Virus record (IMG/VR): IMGVR_UViG_3300037852_000136
Span: 1,665 to 65,664 of that record
DNA length: 64,000 nt
Reading direction: 5' to 3' (one strand)
From: a virus
Taxonomy: Duplodnaviria; Caudoviricetes
Of the stretch, positions 34,513-42,602 are shown piece by piece (positions within the stretch are counted from its first letter, which is position 1; each line of letters opens with the position of its first letter). Under the pieces are notes generated by a model, which worked only from the letters and a program-made list of their open reading frames with translations, had not been told where the DNA came from and did no database searches. The position numbers and the translations under genes are program-made.

Positions 34513-35537
34513 AACTCGCCCTCATCACCACAACTATCAACATCCCGAGCGTGCTTGCGCTTTATCGTCGCTTCGATCTTTCGGCCGCGGTACGCTTCTT
34601 CGTGGCGATCGACGACAAGACCCCGCGTTCCGTTCCGGTCTTCTTGGACAGCCTCGGCAACTGCCAAGTGGTGGATCAAACGGATTATAAGTGCGATGCC
34701 ATCATCGGGCGCAACTCGATCCAGCGGCGTAACCTTGCTCTCTTAGAAGCTCTCAAGTGGGGTGCCGACATCATCGTGTCGGTCGACGACGATAACATTC
34801 CGATCGACCCCAACTACTTCCACCAGTTTGAGGCGGTATTTAATCCTCGTCGCTGGGACCACACGCTCATCGGGCGAAACTGGTCCGGCCTCTGCGCCCA
34901 CTCCGTGAACGGTTGGTTCGATCCCGGCGCCTTTCTCGTTCCCCCCGCCACTCACCGCGGCTTCCCCGCCCACATCGTCCCCGAGACCTACTTCGAAGCC
35001 ATCACCAACGCAAAAATAGGCGTGGCGGCCGGCATGGTGCTGGGCGATCCAGACATTTCAGCTGTTGAGCGGCTTGCCCGCGGCACGCGGGTCAGCGGGG
35101 TCGGTGAAATCCTCAAGGCCGGCATCGTGGTCGACCCGCAGACGCACACGGTCTTCAACAGCCAGAACACGGCGTTCCTGCGTCAGTTCGCTCCCGCCAT
35201 GATGATGTGGCCGGGCGTCTCCCGCTACGATGACATCATGGCGTCGCTCGTCACCCAGCGGGTGATGCGCGAGCATGGCTACCATGTTCACTTCGGCCGG
35301 CCGCTGGTTTACCAGCAACGCAACGCCCACGACCTCAGGCAAGACTTGGCGGGCGAGGTCTGGGGGATGCAGTACGCCGACAAAATTGCAGTCCTCCTTG
35401 ACGATATCGACGTGCGCGGATCGGTTATCGACGGCGTGCGCAACATCTTCCTGCAGCTCGGCAAGTACGACTTCATCCCGTCGATCGTGAGCGAGTGCGG
35501 GGCGGCGTGGTGTGATGACGTGGAGGGGGTGCTGTGA
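34509..35537 (+). CDS. STELLO/RGP (GT75-related) glycosyltransferase-like protein
   Basis: TTTINIP, DDKTP, RRNLALL, VDDDNIP, HRGFP, GDPDISA, FNSQNT, RYDDI, QRNAHDL..D...E. Confidence 0.8.
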   Translation: MKLALITTTINIPSVLALYRRFDLSAAVRFFVAIDDKTPRSVPVFLDSLGNCQVVDQTDYKCDAIIGRNSIQRRNLALLEALKWGADIIVSVDDDNIPIDPNYFHQFEAVFNPRRWDHTLIGRNWSGLCAHSVNGWFDPGAFLVPPATHRGFPAHIVPETYFEAITNAKIGVAAGMVLGDPDISAVERLARGTRVSGVGEILKAGIVVDPQTHTVFNSQNTAFLRQFAPAMMMWPGVSRYDDIMASLVTQRVMREHGYHVHFGRPLVYQQRNAHDLRQDLAGEVWGMQYADKIAVLLDDIDVRGSVIDGVRNIFLQLGKYDFIPSIVSECGAAWCDDVEGVL

Positions 35538-35710
35538 ACGTGACTCTTCGTCCGAATGGTATCGCTGACGTGTATATTCAAACTCTCGGAGAAGCCTGCA
35601 CACTCGCCGATCTGGAAAAACAAATACGGGCACTGTTGGTTGCGCGTGCGTGGCTGCGGCGGGAGATGAAGGGTCGCGAGACGAAACCAGAAAAGAAGCC
35701 TGCGAAATGA
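35534..35710 (+). CDS. Hypothetical protein, 58 aa
   Basis: GTGA and ATGA overlaps on both sides; GGAGG SD. Confidence 0.55.
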   Translation: MNVTLRPNGIADVYIQTLGEACTLADLEKQIRALLVARAWLRREMKGRETKPEKKPAK

Positions 35711-36963
35711 AACTCGCTTTGGCGTTACTCACCAAGGATAAGCCCGAGCTGACCAAGTGCTCGATCGAGCCCCTGCTTTGGCCCGACAAGTTTGACTTGT
35801 GGTGCGTTGACGGCAGTGTAACTGAGGACGGGCGGGCGTTTTTGCGCGAACCCGGCGCGAAGTTCAGTGAGCTGGCGATGGACGTGCGGGGCGGTCCCGA
35901 TGCGGCAATCGTGTTCGCGCTCACTAAGATGTTGGAGCCCTTTTATGGAATGGGGAGTGCGGAGTATTATACCCACGTAGGTCTGTGTGAGCAGGACGTT
36001 CTTCTCAAACCTTACTGGCTGAACCCAACCATGGCGCTGTTCGAGCGCGGCCAGTCCGAAGGTTTGCAGGTCGGTGCTGTCAGCGCCCGCGCCTACGAGG
36101 ATCGCATCCTGATCCAGCGTGACGGTTACGCCGTGATGCACAACCTCGGCGCCGGCATGGTGATCTTCACCCGCGAAGCTGCCCGCCTGATCCTCGACAA
36201 TTACCGAACGGGCTGGTGGACCGACAACCGCCTTACCTTCTGTGCTCTTTCAGGCCTGGATATTGGCCAGTGGGGATGCTTCCGCGGCAACGAGCAGCCG
36301 ATCACTGCCGACTGGCACTTCGATACGATTCTCGCCCGCCACGGCCTTGCCTCGCTTGCGCTTACGCCCTCCCTCGCGACGATGCTGGACCAGGACATCG
36401 CGGCACAAGGGCTAAAGATGGCGGACGGTCGCTACGATCTTCTTCGCGATAAGGCAGACGCATTTGCCAAGTTCGCCGGCCGCACCATGGAGATACGCAA
36501 CAGCGACTGGTCGCTTCCCGATCTACGCATCCAGTCCTCCGGCGGCATCTACACTTACTTTCCCCACCAGATCCCCGGTATTGGCGGAACGTATAGCGGA
36601 GACTGGCGGCTGAAGTGGTGTCAGGGATTCGGTCCGTTCGTTTGGGAGTCCGCTAACGCGGACCAAGGTGCCGCTTGCCTCGCGGAAGCGATGGTTCTCG
36701 GCCCCTGCGAAGTCCTGCTCGGCGGTCAAGGCAAAGTTCGCGTGACCGACACTCACTCTGGCTACAGCATCGTCTCTTCTCTTGCTGACGCGGGCGGCGC
36801 CATCCTACAGGTGCCGATCCCGTCCGGTGTCTCGTACCGCACTATCAGGGTGGAGGCGTTGTCTCCCGGCGCGTGCTTTTACGGTATCCGAACGCGCGAG
36901 ACGCAGCCGTGGCTGACGGGGTATAGGTTTGATCACTCACACTTGCCCGCCGTAGGCGGGTGA
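35707..36963 (+). CDS. GT-A fold (GT2-like) glycosyltransferase with C-terminal beta domain
   Basis: LLTKDKPELT..VDGS..VGLCEQDVLL..GAGMVIFTR..DW. Confidence 0.6.
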   Translation: MKLALALLTKDKPELTKCSIEPLLWPDKFDLWCVDGSVTEDGRAFLREPGAKFSELAMDVRGGPDAAIVFALTKMLEPFYGMGSAEYYTHVGLCEQDVLLKPYWLNPTMALFERGQSEGLQVGAVSARAYEDRILIQRDGYAVMHNLGAGMVIFTREAARLILDNYRTGWWTDNRLTFCALSGLDIGQWGCFRGNEQPITADWHFDTILARHGLASLALTPSLATMLDQDIAAQGLKMADGRYDLLRDKADAFAKFAGRTMEIRNSDWSLPDLRIQSSGGIYTYFPHQIPGIGGTYSGDWRLKWCQGFGPFVWESANADQGAACLAEAMVLGPCEVLLGGQGKVRVTDTHSGYSIVSSLADAGGAILQVPIPSGVSYRTIRVEALSPGACFYGIRTRETQPWLTGYRFDHSHLPAVGG

Positions 36964-37077
36964 ACCGAGGGCAGAATGAGCGGCTTGGAGATCGCCATGG
37001 TCGTTTATGGGCTCGTTCTGCTCGCTTGCATCGCGTGCCTTATTCATTCCGTGCTTGGGAACCTCCAAAAATAGCGG

Positions 37078-37105
37078 TTGACATCGTAGTCAAAGTCACT
37101 ACAGT
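37078..37105 (+). promoter_or_regulatory. Promoter with GTAGT-N7-ACTAC palindrome upstream of the resolvase
   Basis: TTGACA-N16-TACAGT; palindrome at 37086-37102. Confidence 0.6.
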
Positions 37106-37186
37106 ATGGGAATAACGAAAGCGTTTCGTTCTGAAGCTGCTTGCCGCGCGCTAGCGCGGTTCACTACGCCGGGGAGGCGCAAGCCC

Positions 37187-37933
37187 ATGCTGATCGGTTA
37201 CACCCGCTGCTCGACTGCCGACCAGGCGGACGGCTCCACCATCGCGGAGCAGGAGCGCATGATCCGCGGCGTCGCGATGATGCGCGGCGTCGACCAGTAC
37301 GACATCGTATTCTATTCCGACCCGGCGGTCTCGGGCTCGATCAGTCTCGCGCGCCGCCCGCAAGGCGCCGAGCTGGTGGCCAACCTCAAGAAGGGCGACA
37401 TCATCATCGCGGCCAAGCTAGACCGCCTGTTTCGCTCCGCCCAGGACGCTCTTTACGTGGCGGAGTACATGGCGGAGCGCGGGGTAGGGATCATCCTGGC
37501 CGACATGGGCCACACGCCCGTCACCGAGAACGGCGCCTCGAAGTTGTTCTTCACCATGCTGGCGGCGTTCGCCGAGTTCGAGCGCACGCGCATCAATGAG
37601 CGCACTGAGTCCGGCCGTGACGCCAAGCGAAAGCAGATGGGATGTGTGGGTGCGGTCCCCTACGGTTTCCGCAAGACGGGCAAGCGACGGGACTCGTTCC
37701 TGGTCGAGAACTTCTCCGAGCAGAAGAACATCCAGGCCATGTACGACCTCAAGTCGCAGGGGATGACCTACGAGCAGGTGGCGATCGAGCTGGCGGCCAA
37801 CGGCGTGTACAATCGCGCCGGCCGGCCATTCAACCGCGGTCAGATATTCTCGCTGGTGAAGGCGCATCGGCAGGGAGTGGGGGTAGCAGGTTTGCCCCGT
37901 GCTAGTGGGGCGGGGGAAGGAGCAACGGTGTAA
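37187..37933 (+). CDS. Serine recombinase (resolvase family with short recombinase domain)
   Basis: GYTRCSTADQ, DPAVSG, AKLDRLFRS, AAFAEFER..INERT, PYGF. Confidence 0.92.
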   Translation: MLIGYTRCSTADQADGSTIAEQERMIRGVAMMRGVDQYDIVFYSDPAVSGSISLARRPQGAELVANLKKGDIIIAAKLDRLFRSAQDALYVAEYMAERGVGIILADMGHTPVTENGASKLFFTMLAAFAEFERTRINERTESGRDAKRKQMGCVGAVPYGFRKTGKRRDSFLVENFSEQKNIQAMYDLKSQGMTYEQVAIELAANGVYNRAGRPFNRGQIFSLVKAHRQGVGVAGLPRASGAGEGATV

Positions 37934-38076
37934 TGGTTTGGATTAACTATAAAGGTGATTTACGTTCGGGCGTTAAGTGTCCGAAGTGCGGTTGTGCGCC
38001 TGCAGGAATATTGCGTTGTTGGAACTGTAAAACATGGCTGCTGTTAGCGTGGTTCGGGTGTAAAGCGGATGTCTGA
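37933..38076 (+). CDS. Small zinc-ribbon protein, 47 aa
   Basis: CPKCG..CWNC; AAGGAG SD. Confidence 0.45.
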   Translation: MVWINYKGDLRSGVKCPKCGCAPAGILRCWNCKTWLLLAWFGCKADV

Positions 38077-39463
38077 CCGCGCCGCCGCCACCCGCTTCTA
38101 CGAGCAGGCCGATAAGGTCCGCAAGGACACCTCGGACCCGCTCAACGCCAAGCGCTCGTATGAGATGTTCTCGGCCGCTTGCTACGCGGATCCGACATGG
38201 TGGCTAGCGTGGTATCAGCATGGGAACAACCACAACGACATCAAGCTTCATCACGCGGCCGTCGCCTGCTGGCGCCGCGCTTTGCATTGCGAGATCGAGA
38301 ACCCGATCGATCGCGCTAAGGTTCTCTCCAACTTCGGGTGGGGCCTCTCGCAGATCGGCGAGATCGATGCTGCTTTCACGGCCTTGACCGAAGCCACCAA
38401 GCTCAATCCGAAAAGCGGTAGCGCGTGGACCAACCTATCGACCATTCAAGGCCAGTTGGGCTCGCCTGCGGCAGCGGTGGGCTCGGCCCGCATCGGCAAG
38501 AACCTGGACCCCGAGAACCTCTCCGGCCAGATGGCGCTCAGCTTCGCCCTGCTGTTCAATCGTCAGTTTGTCGAGGGCTTCAAGGAGTTCGAGTGTCGCT
38601 ACGCCTACGCACTTCACAATTTCCTTCACTATCCCTACCCGAAGTGGTTGGGAGAAGAAAACCAGACCGTCTTTTTAGTGGCCGACCAGGGTTTGGGCGA
38701 CACGCTTTCGTTCGCCCGCTTTGTACCTTTAGCCGCCAGCAAGGCTCGCTTCCTCCATCTCTACGTGCAGCCTGAGCTGCTTCGCTTGTTCCAGCACGCA
38801 TTCATGTTCCTGAAGAACGTCAACATTATCCCGTTTCAGGTGCAGTGTCCCTACCCCGAGGCGGACGCGTGGACCACGTTCGTGAGCTTGCCGTTTGCCC
38901 TTGGCCTCACCGACGACCAGATCCGCAACGCGCCACCGATCCAGGCTCCGACCACCCGCTTACCCGCTTCTTGGCGAGTGCCCGGCCAGAAGCTTCACGT
39001 CGGCATCGCGTGGGCGGGCAGTGACTTGAACCTGATCAACAAGCACCGCTCGATCCCGCTCACCCACTTCTTCGATCTGGCGCGCGTCAAGGGGGCACAG
39101 CTCTACTCGCTCCAGATCGACCACCCCAAGATCAAGGAGATGAACGACCTCGGCGGCGGCGCGTTCATCCGCGACTTGTCGAGCTACGTGCGCGATATCG
39201 TCGACACCATGAGCCTCCTGCGCGATCTCGACCTTGTGATCACGTGCGAGAGCGCGCTCGGGCATATCTGTGCGACGATCGGTAAGGAGTGCTGGATTCC
39301 CTACTCATTCCTTGGTCGCGATTATCGCATTTCTCACAACGGAGACGATCGCATATGGACCCCCAGTCATCGCATCTTCCCTCAAGGCAAAAACCAAAGG
39401 TGGGAGCCGGTCTTCGAAAGGATCGAGCAAGCGCTGGCCATGAAGCTGCGCGCGAAGTCGTGA
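38069..39463 (+). CDS. TPR-repeat plus GT-B (GT9-like) glycosyltransferase
   Basis: N-terminal TPRs; ADQGLGDTLSFARF, VGIAWAG, HRSIPL, LDLVITCESALGH. Confidence 0.85.
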   Translation: MSDRAAATRFYEQADKVRKDTSDPLNAKRSYEMFSAACYADPTWWLAWYQHGNNHNDIKLHHAAVACWRRALHCEIENPIDRAKVLSNFGWGLSQIGEIDAAFTALTEATKLNPKSGSAWTNLSTIQGQLGSPAAAVGSARIGKNLDPENLSGQMALSFALLFNRQFVEGFKEFECRYAYALHNFLHYPYPKWLGEENQTVFLVADQGLGDTLSFARFVPLAASKARFLHLYVQPELLRLFQHAFMFLKNVNIIPFQVQCPYPEADAWTTFVSLPFALGLTDDQIRNAPPIQAPTTRLPASWRVPGQKLHVGIAWAGSDLNLINKHRSIPLTHFFDLARVKGAQLYSLQIDHPKIKEMNDLGGGAFIRDLSSYVRDIVDTMSLLRDLDLVITCESALGHICATIGKECWIPYSFLGRDYRISHNGDDRIWTPSHRIFPQGKNQRWEPVFERIEQALAMKLRAKS

Positions 39464-39590
39464 CCTATTCGGGGCCTGACATTTTATCGCGTCTCGATTC
39501 GGTGACGATTTGCGGTGTCGTGATTCAACGGCCGGCGCATATCCAGCGCTCGTTGTGGACGCGTTTTTGGGAAGAAAGATCGTGGATCGT

Positions 39591-40439
39591 ATGACTGAAC
39601 ACACCATCGCGCTGCGCCACCCCGCCGGCCGCCAGATCGCATTTAAGATGCTTTTGGACCCCGAGTTCGTGTCGGACCAGTACATCATCGAGTACTGCAA
39701 CAAGCAGGCGTGCTACGAGCCCGAGGTGGCGTGGGTCATGATGCGGGCGCTTCGTCCCGGCGACAAGGCGGTGGATGTCGGCGCTTGCGTGGGCTTCTTC
39801 ACCCTGCTGGCGTCTCAGCTCGTCGGGCCGACCGGTGAAGTGGTGGCGGTAGAGCCCGGCCTTGACAATCTCCCAAAGCTGAAGGCTAACCTCGCTTTGA
39901 ACCTGTTTCCTCCCGAGCACGGCTCCGGCAAGCCGATCAGCAACGTGGCGATCGTGGAGCAGCCGTTGTTCGCGCGGGCGGAGCTAGTCAAATTTTACCA
40001 GAACAGTGATAGCAGTGGCGGCCACGCTCTATGGGATCCGGCCCTTTGGGAGGGCAACACGAAGACTCGTGCGGCACTCCCGCATACTGTTAATTGGGCC
40101 GCTACCACCCTCAACCGTATCACGCCCTCCCCCTGCCGCCTGATCAAGCTTGACACCGAGGGGGCGGAGGAGCGCATCCTGCAGGGCGGCAACAACGTTT
40201 TGATTGTGCAACACCCGCCCTTCATCGTCGCCGAGATCAACCAGTTCGGTCTGAACCAGATGATGTGCTCGCCCGACAGTTTACGAGCTTACATGCGGGT
40301 ACATGGGTATGATACCTTCGTGCTGTATCCTGATGGCGCTTACCCCGAACTGGTGCCGCCCCGCAAGACGATTGTGTGTGAGCACATTTGGAACGTCCTG
40401 TTCAGCTCTGTCTCTGACGTAGCGAGCATTTGGCGATGA
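39591..40439 (+). CDS. FkbM family SAM-dependent methyltransferase
   Basis: YEPEV, VDVGACVGFFT, AVEP, IKLDTEGAEERILQG. Confidence 0.9.
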   Translation: MTEHTIALRHPAGRQIAFKMLLDPEFVSDQYIIEYCNKQACYEPEVAWVMMRALRPGDKAVDVGACVGFFTLLASQLVGPTGEVVAVEPGLDNLPKLKANLALNLFPPEHGSGKPISNVAIVEQPLFARAELVKFYQNSDSSGGHALWDPALWEGNTKTRAALPHTVNWAATTLNRITPSPCRLIKLDTEGAEERILQGGNNVLIVQHPPFIVAEINQFGLNQMMCSPDSLRAYMRVHGYDTFVLYPDGAYPELVPPRKTIVCEHIWNVLFSSVSDVASIWR

Positions 40440-40768
40440 CCCTTACTGCCGACGAGTTCGCGGTTCTCATGATCGCCATGCAGGGCGAGTCGATGATGGC
40501 GATCGGACGGTGGCAAAAGCCGACTGAGAGCCTTATCGAGAAGGGGTATCTCCAATCCCGCGGCGGCGACAACTTCAATTGCGTCATCACTCCAGAAGGA
40601 CGAGCAGCCTGCGAGGCGCGGGATCGAGAGGGCATGGATGCGTTGAAAGTGGCAGTTAATAAGCCCAGACCGGCAACCGAAACGGAGGAAAAGAAAACTG
40701 TCATGTTTGGCGGGGCACTTGCTACAGTTCCTAAGCGCTGCCCCCATTGCGGAGGTGTTCTTGAGTAA
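40436..40768 (+). CDS. Hypothetical protein (winged-helix-like, C-terminal CPHC)
   Basis: SLIEKGYL..ITPEGR; ATGA overlap. Confidence 0.55.
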   Translation: MTLTADEFAVLMIAMQGESMMAIGRWQKPTESLIEKGYLQSRGGDNFNCVITPEGRAACEARDREGMDALKVAVNKPRPATETEEKKTVMFGGALATVPKRCPHCGGVLE

Positions 40769-41102
40769 GCCCGGCGTTGAAGTCAGCCTGCCGAAGTCCT
40801 GGATCGACAAGCAGGATGTCGGGTTCTTCTTCGATCATCCCGACCGGCACGCGCACATCCGCGCCCCCCTTGGGGACGAGATGAAGGGCGAGTTCTGGTC
40901 TCTCGGCGAGCACCAGCGGGATCGCCGTCGCGTTTTATTGTGGCGCGTGCCGCAGGACAACCCGTACTATCGGCAGGACCGTTCGTTCTTGAAGATTCCT
41001 TTCCTTCTGTTTTCGGACGAAACGGTGGAAGACACCGACGAGATTCTCCTTCCTATTCTCAGGGAAATGATGAACAATGCTGCGGAGGGTTTTGCGAGAT
41101 GA
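40761..41102 (+). CDS. Hypothetical protein
   Basis: GGAGG SD, TTG start. Confidence 0.55.
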   Translation: MSKPGVEVSLPKSWIDKQDVGFFFDHPDRHAHIRAPLGDEMKGEFWSLGEHQRDRRRVLLWRVPQDNPYYRQDRSFLKIPFLLFSDETVEDTDEILLPILREMMNNAAEGFAR

Positions 41103-41332
41103 AAAATTTCATTGCTGGTATTTTCACAGCTTTTGCGCTGGTTAGCGGGGTTGCTTTTGCAGTTGAAGGGACCCCCGGAACATCCCTGCCTCTTGTTGGG
41201 TCTATACCGATAGAAAGTTATCCAGGCGCGTATTTGAACGCGCTAGCGCACGGACGTTTTGGCAACAAAATGATAGTCATCCAAGTCGACGAAATCGGCC
41301 GAGTCATTTGTTCTGATAGGAGTCAGCCATGA
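41099..41332 (+). CDS. Small exported protein
   Basis: MKNFIAGIFTAFALVSGVAFA|VE. Confidence 0.55.
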   Translation: MKNFIAGIFTAFALVSGVAFAVEGTPGTSLPLVGSIPIESYPGAYLNALAHGRFGNKMIVIQVDEIGRVICSDRSQP

Positions 41333-41541
41333 GTTGGACCAAATCCGTTTTCAGTTCCCATGTCGACGAGATCGGGTACGACTCCGACAAGCAGGAGCTG
41401 ACCGTTACTTGGAAGAACGGTCGCATGTCCGCCTACGAGGGGGTTGATGAGCAGACCGCGCATCAGGCCGCCAATGCCCCTTCGGTCGGGCAGTTCCTCC
41501 ATAGTGAGATCAAACCGAACTATCGGCACAAATACATATGA
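41329..41541 (+). CDS. KTSC domain protein
   Basis: SSHVDEIGYD..L.VTWKNG..Y.GV..APSVGQFL..IK..Y. Confidence 0.9.
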   Translation: MSWTKSVFSSHVDEIGYDSDKQELTVTWKNGRMSAYEGVDEQTAHQAANAPSVGQFLHSEIKPNYRHKYI

Positions 41542-41807
41542 CCCAACCCCTCGTCGAGCCCCGCTCCAACGATCCCGCCCTGCGTTTCGCCGCCATGGCG
41601 GAGCGCATAACGCACAACGCCAACCAGTCCTTTGGCGGAGCGGTGGTGATTGTTCCCCCCAGCGGTGACCCGATCGAGATTTTGATGCTCGACCCGCACT
41701 CGGACATCGCAATGTTCTGGGGTACGATCCGCTCCAAGATCGATATCCTGCTGGCGACGGCGGAAGCCGAGAAGCGCCGGCAACAGGGCTTCGGCCAAGG
41801 AAGGTAG
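41538..41807 (+). CDS. Hypothetical protein
   Basis: ATGA overlap. Confidence 0.6.
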   Translation: MTQPLVEPRSNDPALRFAAMAERITHNANQSFGGAVVIVPPSGDPIEILMLDPHSDIAMFWGTIRSKIDILLATAEAEKRRQQGFGQGR

Positions 41808-41954
41808 CGCATGAGCTGGAACATCGCCGGTTTTTTTGAAACCCACCTTTTTAGGCATGGCTATCGCGGGCACGTCGTGCTATTTGTCAATAACGTCGGC
41901 ATCATTCTCAACCCCGCTGGACGCGGGGGCAACCCACACGAAAGGGCTCACCTC

Positions 41955-42266
41955 ATGGTAACCGTCACCGTCGGCCACAAGATCAATTGCAGCATCGGCT
42001 TCCTCGACACCAACGGCAACCCGATGATCACCCCGCCCGTGCCGGACGCCGTTCCGACCTGGACCAACACCACGCCCGCCACCGAGACCTTGGTGGCATC
42101 CGGCGACGGCCTGACGGCCGTGGCGACCGCACTGGTGGCCGGCTCCGACGAGATCGACCTTGCGCTAGCGGTGGGCGGTGTTGCCTTCAAGGCCCTCGTA
42201 GCGGTCACCGTGCAGGCGGCGCCGCAGACGCTTGGTTCCGTCACCATCAACACGACGGTCGTCTAG
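41955..42266 (+). CDS. Ig-like beta-rich protein (frame also open from 41811)
   Basis: Val/Thr-rich; DTNGNP..PTWT..DGLTA. Confidence 0.55.
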   Translation: MVTVTVGHKINCSIGFLDTNGNPMITPPVPDAVPTWTNTTPATETLVASGDGLTAVATALVAGSDEIDLALAVGGVAFKALVAVTVQAAPQTLGSVTINTTVV

Positions 42267-42353
42267 TCCTGCCGGTGCATGGTAGGCCGCGAGGGCGGTC
42301 TGGATTGTGGGGAAACGCAACCCCAGACCGCCCTCTGCTTCTAGGAGGTTACA

Positions 42354-42590
42354 ATGATCGGCACGCTCATCGGGTTGATCTTCCTGTGCATCATTGTCGG
42401 CTTCGTTTGGTGGGCAGTTGTCGGGCAGCTGTTTCCGATGATCGCGCCCTACATCGGCGAGCCCTTCATGACGTTTATCAGGATCATCCTGGCATTCATC
42501 ATCCTGTGCATCGTTTTGTACGTCATCGCTATCATGCTCGGTTTTGCCGGCATCCATGTTGGCGGGCCGTTTTCCGGCGGGATTCACTGA
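42354..42590 (+). CDS. Small membrane protein (2 TM)
   Basis: AGGAGG SD; two long hydrophobic helices. Confidence 0.75.
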   Translation: MIGTLIGLIFLCIIVGFVWWAVVGQLFPMIAPYIGEPFMTFIRIILAFIILCIVLYVIAIMLGFAGIHVGGPFSGGIH

Positions 42591-42602
42591 TAGCTTTGCT
42601 AC

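Noticed and set aside
37187-37933. IS607 transposon or prophage integrase
   Set aside because: No N-terminal MerR-like HTH, no tnpB, too short for a large serine integrase, and no att-host junction in the window
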